22,446 nt of DNA from an uncultured bacterium. GTDB taxonomy: Bacteria > Bacillota_I > Bacilli_A > RF39 > UBA660. Under the pieces are notes generated by a model. It did not search any database and was not told the origin of the DNA. It saw only the letters and a program-made list of their open reading frames with translations. Shown piece by piece: positions 7,550 through 15,540 of this stretch. Both the position numbers and the translations under genes were made by a program. How positions within the stretch are numbered: the first letter of the stretch is position 1; every line of letters begins with the position of its first letter. The DNA is taken from positions 1 through 22,446 of the forward strand of contig CASDWO010000074.1 in assembly GCA_949284575.1 (NCBI GenBank), written 5' to 3'.

Positions 7550-7669
7550 TTGAGACTATGATATAAGATTGTTTAAGAAGTTATTACCTATGTAAAAAAT
7601 TTATTGTTAATAATACCTATTTATGTTAATTTTTATATAGGGGAAAGTTAATTTTGTTTTTTAGTTGTT

Positions 7670-7768
7670 GCGCGGCGGTAACTATAATAATTCTAATGCA
7701 GGTATGTTTTATTTCAATACCTGGAATATTGGTAATACTAGTATTAATGGCTCGTTCCGCCTCGTGAT
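7670..7768 (+). repeat. cassette C10 (24-codon core)
   Basis: RGG-NYNNSNAGMFYFNTWNIGNTSING-SFRLVI* with 8 Asn. TAG lies two codons upstream. The 5' half is nearly identical to C7. Confidence 0.85.
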
Positions 7769-7992
7769 TTGAGACTACGATATAGTTTTATTTAAATTAT
7801 TACTTATGTAATAAAAAATATTTATCATAGAAACTTTTTCCTTTTTACGAGCAGTATTAGTGAATAAAATAATGAAGTACTATTTTTCTAGTTAGTAATT
7901 AGTGAACACTAGAAAAATATAGTGTTGTTAATAGTATCTATTTATGATAATTTTAATATAGGGAAAAGGTAAATGTATTTTAGTTGGTTGGT

Positions 7993-8091
7993 GCGCGGCG
8001 GTGTATTTAGTAATAATACTGATGTTGGTATTTTCTACTTTAGTTATACTATTGGTGGTGGTAGCATCTTTAGTTCGTTCCGCCTCATGAT
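7993..8091 (+). repeat. cassette C11 (24-codon core, adenine/Asn-poor, VR-like flanks)
   Basis: RGG-VFSNNTDVGIFYFSYTIGGGSIFS-SFRLMMKDY... with only 2 Asn. The 5' flank GGTTGGTGCGCGG matches the VR. The 3' block is the variant CGTTCCGCCTCATGATGAAAGAC, where the VR has ...GTGATGAGCGTGAC. An in-frame ATG at 7973 gives at most a 53-aa ORF. Confidence 0.85.
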
Positions 8092-8282
8092 GAAAGACTA
8101 CGATATAGTTTTATTTAAGTTATTACTTATGTAATAAAAAATATTTATCATAGAAACTTTTTCCATTTTACGAACGGTATTAGTAAATAAATTAAAGAAG
8201 TATTATTTTTCTAGTTAGTAGATAGTGAATACTAGAAAAATAAAATATTGTTAATAATATCTATTTATGATAATTTTGATAT

Positions 8283-8566
8283 AGGGAGAAGTTATATTTA
8301 TTATTTTGTTTTGCGCGGCGGTAGCTATAATGCGACTTCTAATGCAGGTGTGTTTAATTTCAATACTTGGAACAATGGTAATGCTAATTCTAATGGATCG
8401 TTCCGCCTCGTGATTTGAGACTACAATATAGTTTTATTTAAGTTATTGCTATTTAGTAATAAAAAATATTTATTGTAGAGACTTTTTCCTTTTTACGAGC
8501 AGTATTAGTAAATAAAATAAAGAAGTACTATTTTTCTAGTTAGTAAATAGTGAATACTAGAAAAAT
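8283..8566 (+). ncRNA. candidate DGR template RNA unit (leader, TR-like core, structured spacer) adjacent to avd
   Basis: Leader AGGGAGAAGTT (8283-8293) can pair with GACTTTTTCCT (8480-8490) and so enclose the core. The nested CTACAATA/TATTGTAG and TTATTGCTA/TAGTAATAA hairpins are present, as is the terminal hairpin ATTTTTCTAG (8530-8539) / CTAGAAAAAT (8557-8566). The same architecture repeats in most units. Transcription is not demonstrated. Confidence 0.45.
8313..8414 (+). repeat. cassette C12 (25-codon core), positional candidate for a canonical TR next to avd
   Basis: RGG-SYNATSNAGVFNFNTWNNGNANSNG-SFRLVI* with 9 Asn. It is the last unit, and its spacer runs directly into the avd RBS. Confidence 0.85.
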
Positions 8567-8587
8567 AGTGGATGAGGAGTGATAACT

Positions 8588-8944
8588 ATGGATGATTTAG
8601 AAGGATTAGTTATTTATAAACAATATGTTGAACTTATTTATTATACTCTTTCTATTTTACTTAAATATCCTAAATCTGAAAGATTTTCTTTAGCTCAAGA
8701 TATTAAAAATACTACTTATGCAGGACTTAAAGATATTATTTATGCTCAAAAAGAATATGATAAGAAAAAGAGACTTTCTTATTTAAATGAACTTGATGCT
8801 AATTTAAAAATAGTTAAAGTTTTGATTAGAGTTTCTCATAAGAAAAAATATATTACTTCAAAAAATTATACAGCTTGGAGTAAGAAAATTGCTAATATTT
8901 CTAATCTTAATGGAGGTTGGATTAAATCATGCCTCATACGATAA
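8588..8944 (+). CDS. avd: DGR accessory variability determinant (Avd, four-helix-bundle family)
   Basis: About 118 aa, basic and helical, with the pattern typical of Avd / 23S-rRNA-IVS-like proteins (YKQYVELIYYT...KYPKSERFSLAQDI...LDANLKIVKVLIRVSHKKKYI). GAGGAG at 8574-8579 precedes ATG 8588; the ORF track starts at GTG 8579. It overlaps the RT start by 16 nt. Confidence 0.85.
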   Translation: MDDLEGLVIYKQYVELIYYTLSILLKYPKSERFSLAQDIKNTTYAGLKDIIYAQKEYDKKKRLSYLNELDANLKIVKVLIRVSHKKKYITSKNYTAWSKKIANISNLNGGWIKSCLIR

Positions 8945-9993
8945 GAAATGCTTATTTGAAACATTTAACTATAGAGTCATTAATTGAAGCTCATGAGAGG
9001 GCTAGTAAGACAAAGAGATATTCCAAAGAAGTATTAAAATTTGAAATTGATCTTGAGAGTAATATAGTTAATTTATATAAGAAATTAAAAAATGGGACAT
9101 ATAAAATGGGAAAATATCGAGAATTTAAGATATTTGAGCCTAAAGAGAGGATAATTAGATCTTTACCTTATGTTGATAGAATTGTTCATCAGTGGTATGT
9201 TCATGAGTTTATAAAACCTTATGTTATACCTAGGTTTATTGTTGATTCTTATGCTTGTATAGACGGAAGAGGAACTCATAAAGCGGTTGATAGGATTCAA
9301 GCTTATATGCAAAATATGAAAAATAAATATGGTACTTACTATATAGTAAAATGTGATATTAAGGGATTCTTTTATAATATAGATAAAGATGTATTATTAA
9401 ATATTATGTTAAAATTTATTAAAGATGAGAAATTAATTTGGCTTACTAAAGAGTTTATTTATGGAGATGAAGATGAGATTGGATTGCCAATTGGTAATTA
9501 TACTTCACAATTTTTTGCTAATATTTATATGAACGAGCTTGATCATTATGCTAAAGAAGAATTGAAACTTAAGTATTATGTTAGATATATGGATGATTTT
9601 GTGTTTTTGGTTAAAACAAAAGAAGATGCTAGGAAATATATGGAACTTATTGCAGTTTTTCTAAAAGAAAAGTTACATATTCAATTGAATCATAAGAGTG
9701 GATATTATCCTAATAAAATGGGCCTTGATTTTTGTGGATTTCGTATTTATGAGAGTTATCGGTTACTTAGAAAGAGAAGTATTAAGAAAATAAAAAGAAA
9801 GATTAGAAAGTGGAATGAATTGTATTCTCATAATTTGTTAGATTTAGAGAAAACAATTTTAGAATGGAATTCTTGGCTTGGACATAGTTCTCATGCTAAG
9901 TGTTATAAATTGCAATGGGATATGTATAATAGGATTCTTTTTAAAGAGCATTTGAAGAAACCTTATGTGGAGACTTATGGACGAATATTATAG
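8929..9993 (+). CDS. DGR reverse transcriptase
   Basis: 354 aa. RT motifs include IVKCDIKGFFYNID, the DGR-typical LPIGNYTSQFFANIYMNELD (the SQ motif) and YVRYMDDFVF (YMDD). The size is compact with no maturase or endonuclease domains, and it is translationally coupled to avd. Confidence 0.93.
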   Translation: MPHTIRNAYLKHLTIESLIEAHERASKTKRYSKEVLKFEIDLESNIVNLYKKLKNGTYKMGKYREFKIFEPKERIIRSLPYVDRIVHQWYVHEFIKPYVIPRFIVDSYACIDGRGTHKAVDRIQAYMQNMKNKYGTYYIVKCDIKGFFYNIDKDVLLNIMLKFIKDEKLIWLTKEFIYGDEDEIGLPIGNYTSQFFANIYMNELDHYAKEELKLKYYVRYMDDFVFLVKTKEDARKYMELIAVFLKEKLHIQLNHKSGYYPNKMGLDFCGFRIYESYRLLRKRSIKKIKRKIRKWNELYSHNLLDLEKTILEWNSWLGHSSHAKCYKLQWDMYNRILFKEHLKKPYVETYGRIL

Positions 9994-10035
9994 TTTTAAT
10001 AAGTTCTTTCTTATTAATGAAAGAGGGTAAGTATT

Positions 10036-10326
10036 ATGGATATATATAAAAAGAGTAGGGGTATTTTTATTGTAAATATAGCAATTATATTATTTGTATT
10101 ATTGGTTTTAAGTCCTAATCTTCTGTTTGTTTTTGAGTTTATTATTGATATATTTGTATTATTTCTAACTTTACGTCTTATAAATGATAATATTTTTGTA
10201 TATAATGAGAAATTAAAAAAAGTAACAGTAATTTTTACAATATTTATTATAGGCTATTGTTTGTTATTGTACTTTAAAAATTTTCATCCTTTCTTTTTGG
10301 TGATTACTTTTCTTAGATATATGTAA
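10036..10326 (+). CDS. small hydrophobic membrane protein, unknown function
   Basis: 96 aa with about three predicted TM stretches (IFIVNIAIILFVLLVL, FIIDIFVLFLTL, IFTIFIIGYCLLLYF). No recognisable family. It could be a spurious AT-rich ORF. Confidence 0.35.
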   Translation: MDIYKKSRGIFIVNIAIILFVLLVLSPNLLFVFEFIIDIFVLFLTLRLINDNIFVYNEKLKKVTVIFTIFIIGYCLLLYFKNFHPFFLVITFLRYM

Positions 10327-10396
10327 TTTTTTTTAGCTTTTTTAGAAGCAATTTTTATAGTTAAGGGCATGTTAAAGAGAAAATAATAAAAATATA

Positions 10397-10426
10397 TTGA
10401 CAATTAGTTGGAGATGATGTTATATT
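10397..10426 (+). promoter_or_regulatory. candidate str-operon promoter
   Basis: TTGACA (10397-10402), 18-nt spacer with TG at 10418-10419, then TATATT (10421-10426). It lies about 100 nt upstream of rpsL. Confidence 0.55.
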
Positions 10427-10447
10427 ATCTATGCTGGTTTAAATTTG

Positions 10448-10466
10448 GTTTTGCTTCGGGCAAAAC
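10448..10466 (+). promoter_or_regulatory. stem-loop in the rpsL 5' leader
   Basis: GTTTTGC (10448-10454), loop TTCGG, GCAAAAC (10460-10466), followed by TTTATTT. It could be a leader structure or attenuator. Function is unknown. Confidence 0.3.
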
Positions 10467-10527
10467 TTTATTTAGAACTAAAAATGATACACCTGGATAT
10501 GTGTAAAGAAAGGAGCGAGAAATTACA

Positions 10528-10941
10528 ATGCCTACAGTGAATCAATTAGTACATAAAGGTAGAGGTAAGAAAGTTCGTAAGAGTAAATCTCCAGTACTTT
10601 TAGTGGGAGTTAATACAATTAGAAGAAAACAAACAAATAATCCATCTCCTCAAAAACGTGGAGTATGTACTCGTGTTGGTACGAAGACACCTAAGAAACC
10701 AAACTCAGCTTTACGTAAGTATGCACGTGTTCGTTTATCTAATGGTAAGGAAGTAGATACATACATTCCTGGTATTGGACATAACTTACAAGAGCATAGT
10801 GTTGTATTAGTTCGTGGTGGACGTGTTAAGGACTTAATCGGAGTTCGTTATCATATTATTCGTGGCGCACTAGATACAGCAGGAGTTAAGGATAGAAAAC
10901 AAGGCCGTAGTAAATACGGGGCTAAAAAGCCTAAGAAATAA
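10528..10941 (+). CDS. rpsL: 30S ribosomal protein S12
   Basis: 137 aa: MPTVNQL..., [49 protein letters not shown](I)[22 protein letters not shown] lies upstream. Confidence 0.97.
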   Translation: MPTVNQLVHKGRGKKVRKSKSPVLLVGVNTIRRKQTNNPSPQKRGVCTRVGTKTPKKPNSALRKYARVRLSNGKEVDTYIPGIGHNLQEHSVVLVRGGRVKDLIGVRYHIIRGALDTAGVKDRKQGRSKYGAKKPKK

Positions 10942-11000
10942 AAACTGTTCTTAAAAACCTAAGAATTAATATGTAATTGGAATTGGAAGGAGGATAAATT

Positions 11001-11468
11001 ATGCGTAAAAGACGTGCTGTTAAAAGAGATATTTTACCAGATCCTATATATAAGTCTAAAACTGTTGCTAAACTTATTAATACAGTTATGCTTGATGGTA
11101 AAAAAGGTGTTGCGCAAACTATCGTTTATGATGCCTTTAATATTGTTAAAGATAAAACTTCAAAAGATTCTTTAGAAGTATTTAATCAAGCGATGGAAAA
11201 TATTAAACCTCTTTTAGAAGTTAAATCTAGAAGAGTAGGTGGAGCTAATTATCAAGTCCCTCAAGAAGTTACTCCAGCAAGAGCTGAAGCTTTAGCTTTA
11301 CGTTGGTTAGTTACTTTTTCAAGAAAACGTGGTGGACGTGGAATGGCTGATAATTTAGCTAGTGAAATTATAGATGCATCTAATGGAACTGGTGCAGCTG
11401 TTAAAAAACGTGAAGATACCCACAGAATGGCTGAAGCTAATAAAGCTTATGCACATTATCGTTGGTAG
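11001..11468 (+). CDS. rpsG: 30S ribosomal protein S7
   Basis: 155 aa: [14 protein letters not shown]..., [26 protein letters not shown]-type C-terminus. RBS GGAAGGAGG. Confidence 0.97.
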   Translation: MRKRRAVKRDILPDPIYKSKTVAKLINTVMLDGKKGVAQTIVYDAFNIVKDKTSKDSLEVFNQAMENIKPLLEVKSRRVGGANYQVPQEVTPARAEALALRWLVTFSRKRGGRGMADNLASEIIDASNGTGAAVKKREDTHRMAEANKAYAHYRW

Positions 11469-11480
11469 GAAGGAGTTATT

Positions 11481-13550
11481 ATGGCAAGAGATACGTCTTT
11501 AGAGAAGACAAGAAACTTTGGAATTATGGCTCATATCGATGCTGGTAAGACTACAACAACAGAACGTATTTTGTTCCATGGTGGTAATATCCATAAGATT
11601 GGAGAAACTCATGATGGTGCTAGTCAAATGGACTGGATGGAACAAGAAAAAGAGCGTGGTATTACAATAACAAGTGCAGCTACTACAGTACACTGGAAAA
11701 ATCATCGTTTTAATATAATCGATACTCCAGGACACGTAGACTTTACTATCGAAGTTAGTCGTAGTTTAAGAGTTTTAGATGGTTCTGTAGCTTTGCTTGA
11801 TGCTCAAGCTGGTGTTGAACCTCAAATGGAAACAGTTTGGAGACAAGCTGATGAATTTATGGTACCTAGAATTATTTTTGCTAATAAAATGGGTAAAATG
11901 GGTGCTGACTTTAATTATAGTCTTAAATCAATAAAAGATCGTTTAGGAGTTAATGCTAAACCTATTGAATGGCCAATTGGAGCTGAAGATGATTTCCGTG
12001 GAGTTATTGATTTAGTTACTATGAAAGCAATTGAGTTTGATGGTAAACCTGAAGAGGAAGCTAAGGAAATAGATATTCCTACTGACTTAAAAGATTTAGC
12101 AGAAGAAAAACATGCTGATTTAATTGACAGTGTAGCTGAATTTGATGATGAAATGATGGAAACATATTTAGATGGTGGAGAAGTAACTGTTCCTATGATT
12201 AAACGTGCTATTCGTAAAGGGTGCCTTGCAACTAAGTTCTTCCCAGTTATGTGTGGAGATGCTTTAGGAAATAAAGGTATTAAACCTTTAATGGATGCAG
12301 TTATTGATTATTTACCTAGTCCTTTAGATGTTGAATCAATTAAAGGACATAACTTAAAAGGAGAAGAGGAAGTTCGTCATCCAAGTGATAATGAACCATT
12401 TAGTGCTTTAGCATTTAAAGTTATGACTGATCCTTTTGTTGGACGTTTAACATTCTTTAGAGTTTATTCTGGTCATTTAGCTAGTGGTAGCTATGTACTT
12501 AACTCAACAAAAGATTCTAAAGAAAGAATTGGTCGTATATTACAAATGCATGCTAATAACCGTAAAGAGATTAGTGATGTATATACTGGTGATATAGCGG
12601 CTGCTGTTGGACTTAAGAATACTACTACTGGTGATACATTATGTGATGAAAAGAAACCTATTATCTTAGAGAAACTTATTGTTCCTGAGCCAGTTATTCA
12701 ACTTGCTGTTGAACCTAAATCTAAGGCAGATCAAGATAAGATGGCACTTGCATTACAAAAACTTGCTGAAGAAGATCCAACATTTAAAGTTCATACTGAT
12801 CATGAAACAGGTCAAACTGTTATTGCTGGTATGGGTGAGTTACACCTTGATGTATTAGTTGATCGTATGAAACGTGAATTCCATGTGGAAGCTAATGTTG
12901 GTGCACCACAAGTTGCTTATCGTGAAACTATTAAAGCTAGTGCTGAATGTGAAGGTAAGTATATTAAACAATCTGGTGGTCGTGGACAATATGGTCACGT
13001 TTGGATTAAATTTGAACCAAATCCTGATAAAGGTTATGAATTTGTTGATCAAATCGTAGGTGGTGTTGTTCCTCGTGAATATATTCCTGTTGTTGATAAA
13101 GGTTTACAAGAAGCAATGCAAACTGGTATTTTAGCAGGATATCCTATGATTGATATTAAAGCAACATTATTTGATGGTTCATACCATGATGTAGACTCTA
13201 GTGAAATGGCATTTAAGATTGCAGCGTCTATGGCTTTAAAAGAAGCTAAGAATAAGTGTCAAGCAGTACTTCTTGAACCAATCATGAAAGTTGATGTTAC
13301 AACACCTGATGAATACTTCGGTAATGTTATGGGAGATTTAACTAGTCGTCGTGGTCGTCCACTTGGACAAGAGTCACTTGGAAATGTGGTTAAATTATCA
13401 GCAATGGTTCCACTTTCTGAGATGTTTGGATATGCTACTAACTTACGTAGTAATACTCAAGGTAGAGGTAACTTCGTTATGACATTTGATCATTATGAAG
13501 ATGTACCTAAAAATATTGCTGAAGATATTATTAAAAAGAGTGGAAATTAA
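11481..13550 (+). CDS. fusA: translation elongation factor G
   Basis: 689 aa: G1 [27 protein letters not shown]-like NKMGKMGA, and a C-terminal domain IV/V signature. It sits in the canonical position after rpsG. Confidence 0.97.
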   Translation: MARDTSLEKTRNFGIMAHIDAGKTTTTERILFHGGNIHKIGETHDGASQMDWMEQEKERGITITSAATTVHWKNHRFNIIDTPGHVDFTIEVSRSLRVLDGSVALLDAQAGVEPQMETVWRQADEFMVPRIIFANKMGKMGADFNYSLKSIKDRLGVNAKPIEWPIGAEDDFRGVIDLVTMKAIEFDGKPEEEAKEIDIPTDLKDLAEEKHADLIDSVAEFDDEMMETYLDGGEVTVPMIKRAIRKGCLATKFFPVMCGDALGNKGIKPLMDAVIDYLPSPLDVESIKGHNLKGEEEVRHPSDNEPFSALAFKVMTDPFVGRLTFFRVYSGHLASGSYVLNSTKDSKERIGRILQMHANNRKEISDVYTGDIAAAVGLKNTTTGDTLCDEKKPIILEKLIVPEPVIQLAVEPKSKADQDKMALALQKLAEEDPTFKVHTDHETGQTVIAGMGELHLDVLVDRMKREFHVEANVGAPQVAYRETIKASAECEGKYIKQSGGRGQYGHVWIKFEPNPDKGYEFVDQIVGGVVPREYIPVVDKGLQEAMQTGILAGYPMIDIKATLFDGSYHDVDSSEMAFKIAASMALKEAKNKCQAVLLEPIMKVDVTTPDEYFGNVMGDLTSRRGRPLGQESLGNVVKLSAMVPLSEMFGYATNLRSNTQGRGNFVMTFDHYEDVPKNIAEDIIKKSGN

Positions 13551-13582
13551 TAAGAAACTTTGTTAAAATTAGTTCTAAACAG

Positions 13583-13611
13583 TTGCAAATTTAGTAATTG
13601 TTAGATAAAAT
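13583..13611 (+). promoter_or_regulatory. candidate internal promoter for tuf
   Basis: TTGCAA (13583-13588), 17-nt spacer, TAAAAT (13606-13611), in the fusA-tuf intergenic region. Confidence 0.4.
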
Positions 13612-13646
13612 ATAAATTGTATAAAAAAAAGAGGAGGAAAAATAAT

Positions 13647-14837
13647 ATGGCAAAACAAAAATTTGATCGTACTAAACCACATGTTAATATTGGTACAATC
13701 GGACACGTTGATCATGGTAAAACTACATTAACTGCAGCTATTACTAAATGTTTACATGACAAAAACCCTGCATGGGCTGATTTTACAGATTATGCAAACA
13801 TTGATAAAGCTCCAGAAGAAAGAGAACGTGGTATTACAATTAATACTGCACACGTAGAATACCAAACTGAAAAACGTCATTATGCTCACGTTGACTGCCC
13901 AGGACATGCTGACTATGTTAAAAACATGATTACTGGTGCTGCTCAAATGGATGGTGCAATTCTTGTAATTGCTGCTACTGATGGAGCTATGGCTCAAACT
14001 CGTGAACATATCCTATTATCACGTCAAGTTGGAGTACCTCGTATGGTTGTATTCTTAAATAAATGTGATATGGTTGATGATGAAGAGTTAATTGATTTAG
14101 TTGAAATGGAAGTTCGTGACTTATTAAACGAATATGGATTTGATGGAGATAATACTCCAGTTATTAAGGGTTCAGCTCTTAAAGCTCTTGAAGGAGAAGA
14201 GAAATATGTTAACGCAATCTATGAACTTATGGATGCTGTTGATGAATGGATCCCAACTCCTGAACGTGATACTGATAAACCTTTCTTAATGAGTATTGAA
14301 GATGTATTCACTATCACAGGTCGTGGTACAGTTGTTACTGGACGTGTTGAACGTGGACAATTAAAACTTAACGATGAAGTTGAAATCGTTGGTATCCGTG
14401 ATACTCAAAAGACAGTTGTTACTGGTATCGAAATGTTTAGAAAACAACTTGATACAGCTGAAGCTGGAGATAATGCAGGAGTTTTACTTCGTGGTATTTC
14501 TCGTGAACAAGTTGAACGTGGACAAGTTCTTGCTAAACCTGGTAGTGTTAAACCTCATAGTAAATTTAAAGCTGAAGTTTACGTACTAAGTAAAGAAGAA
14601 GGTGGACGTCATACTCCATTCTTTAGTAACTATCGTCCACAATTCTATTTTAGAACTACTGATGTTACTGGTGTAATCACTTTACCAGAAGGTGTAGAAA
14701 TGGTTATGCCTGGTGATAATGTAACAATGGATGTTGAATTAATTCATCCAATTGCTATTGAAAAAGGTACTAAGTTCTCTATCCGTGAGGGTGGACATAC
14801 TGTTGGTGCTGGTGTTGTTTCTGAAATCGAAGGATAA
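13647..14837 (+). CDS. tuf: translation elongation factor Tu
   Basis: 396 aa from ATG 13647 ([33 protein letters not shown]), preceded by GAGGAGG at 13631-13637. The ORF-track start at 13617 adds an implausible KKKRRKNN extension. Confidence 0.97.
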   Translation: MAKQKFDRTKPHVNIGTIGHVDHGKTTLTAAITKCLHDKNPAWADFTDYANIDKAPEERERGITINTAHVEYQTEKRHYAHVDCPGHADYVKNMITGAAQMDGAILVIAATDGAMAQTREHILLSRQVGVPRMVVFLNKCDMVDDEELIDLVEMEVRDLLNEYGFDGDNTPVIKGSALKALEGEEKYVNAIYELMDAVDEWIPTPERDTDKPFLMSIEDVFTITGRGTVVTGRVERGQLKLNDEVEIVGIRDTQKTVVTGIEMFRKQLDTAEAGDNAGVLLRGISREQVERGQVLAKPGSVKPHSKFKAEVYVLSKEEGGRHTPFFSNYRPQFYFRTTDVTGVITLPEGVEMVMPGDNVTMDVELIHPIAIEKGTKFSIREGGHTVGAGVVSEIEG

Positions 14838-14849
14838 TAGAAATAAATT

Positions 14850-14875
14850 AAGAAGTCTTAGGACTTCTTTTTTTA
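14850..14875 (+). terminator. intrinsic terminator of the str/tuf operon
   Basis: AAGAAGTC (14850-14857), loop TTAG, GACTTCTT (14862-14869), followed by a T-run to 14875. Confidence 0.75.
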
Positions 14876-14897
14876 AACTTAATATGTTATACTTTTT

Positions 14898-15533
14898 ATG
14901 GTGTTACTTATGAAAATAAAAAATATAGTTTTGGGAATAATTGGTATTATTTTGATTGTTATGTTATCTTTCCTTTTAGCAAACTTAATTCATAGTAGTA
15001 ATAATAAAGAGCAAGCAAAGGATGAACAAGAAGAACCAAAATTCTTAATTAATGGTGAAAAAGTTAATTTTGAGACATATAGAGTTGATGGGAAATTCTT
15101 TATAAATGTACCTGATATTTTAACTTCGTTAGATGAAGCTACATTAAAAAATGAGTATAATTATAATAATCGTCCTGAACTTGTTTTTAGAAGTAGTGAT
15201 CTTAAAGAACAGATCTTTATTAATACTACAAATCAAGATATGTTAGATGAAGGATTAGAAGAATATTTAAATAATCTTATAGCTAATCTTACTAATATGG
15301 AAGTGATTGATAGTGGGGTATATCAAAAATATGATAAAACTTTTGCTAAATTAATATCTAAAAATGCTAGTACATATTATAGCTTTAGATATTTTACCAT
15401 TGATAATAAACTAGTAACAATTGAATTTAATGTACCAGTTGATATTTCTTTAGAATGGGAAGAAGTTATTGAAGAAGTAATGGATAGTATTTGTTTTAGT
15501 GAAGATGATATAAAAAAATATTCTAGCGATTAG
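14898..15533 (+). CDS. membrane-anchored hypothetical protein
   Basis: 211 aa with one N-terminal TM helix (IVLGIIGIILIVMLSFLLANLI), then an acidic soluble domain. No recognised family. An alternative start is ATG 14910. Confidence 0.5.
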   Translation: MVLLMKIKNIVLGIIGIILIVMLSFLLANLIHSSNNKEQAKDEQEEPKFLINGEKVNFETYRVDGKFFINVPDILTSLDEATLKNEYNYNNRPELVFRSSDLKEQIFINTTNQDMLDEGLEEYLNNLIANLTNMEVIDSGVYQKYDKTFAKLISKNASTYYSFRYFTIDNKLVTIEFNVPVDISLEWEEVIEEVMDSICFSEDDIKKYSSD

Positions 15534-15540
15534 AATATTT

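Larger units (their letters stand above)
5184..8566 (+). repeat. tandem array of 11 VR/TR-like cassette units (C2-C12), period about 320 bp
   Basis: GCGCGGCGGT blocks start at 5193, 5515, 5837, 6161, 6482, 6815, 7134, 7451, 7670, 7993 and 8313. Each is paired with CGTTCCGCCTCGTGAT 66-81 nt downstream. AT-rich leader and spacer sequence between the cores is conserved. No ORF of 60 aa or more exists on either strand. Confidence 0.9.
2790..9993 (+). mobile_element. diversity-generating retroelement (DGR) locus: target gene with VR, cassette array, avd, RT
   Basis: A CLec/FGE-fold target with a C-terminal VR, an Avd-like four-helix protein and an RT with DGR-specific motifs co-occur on one strand. 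VR-homologous repeats lie between them. Confidence 0.9.

Noticed and set aside
5184-8566. Regularly spaced repeats with variable inserts, considered as a CRISPR array
   Set aside because: The conserved part is ~240 bp, against the 25-40 bp expected of CRISPR repeats. The variable parts are homologous to each other, in frame and coding-like. No cas genes are present. The boundaries match the DGR VR.
8929-9993. The RT considered as a group II intron, retron or Abi-type RT
   Set aside because: It has no maturase/X or endonuclease domain and no intron RNA domains or msr/msd-like inverted repeats nearby. It carries the DGR-typical SQ motif (IGNYTSQ), is translationally coupled to an Avd-like gene, and sits next to VR-homologous repeats.
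13617-13646. N-terminal extensions in the ORF track for tuf (13617), eno (20371, TTG), avd (8579, GTG), clpP (914, GTG) and the kinase-like ORF (21670, GTG)
   Set aside because: In each case a downstream ATG with a properly spaced purine-rich RBS reproduces the conserved N-terminus (e.g. MAKQKFDR for EF-Tu, [19 protein letters not shown] for enolase).
11499-14589. Short ORFs inside or antisense to fusA and tuf (11499-11735 -, 12855-13052 -, 12874-13059 +, 13752-14009 -, 14374-14589 +)
   Set aside because: They lie entirely within highly conserved, confidently called genes, have low-complexity translations and no RBS. These are typical spurious ORFs.
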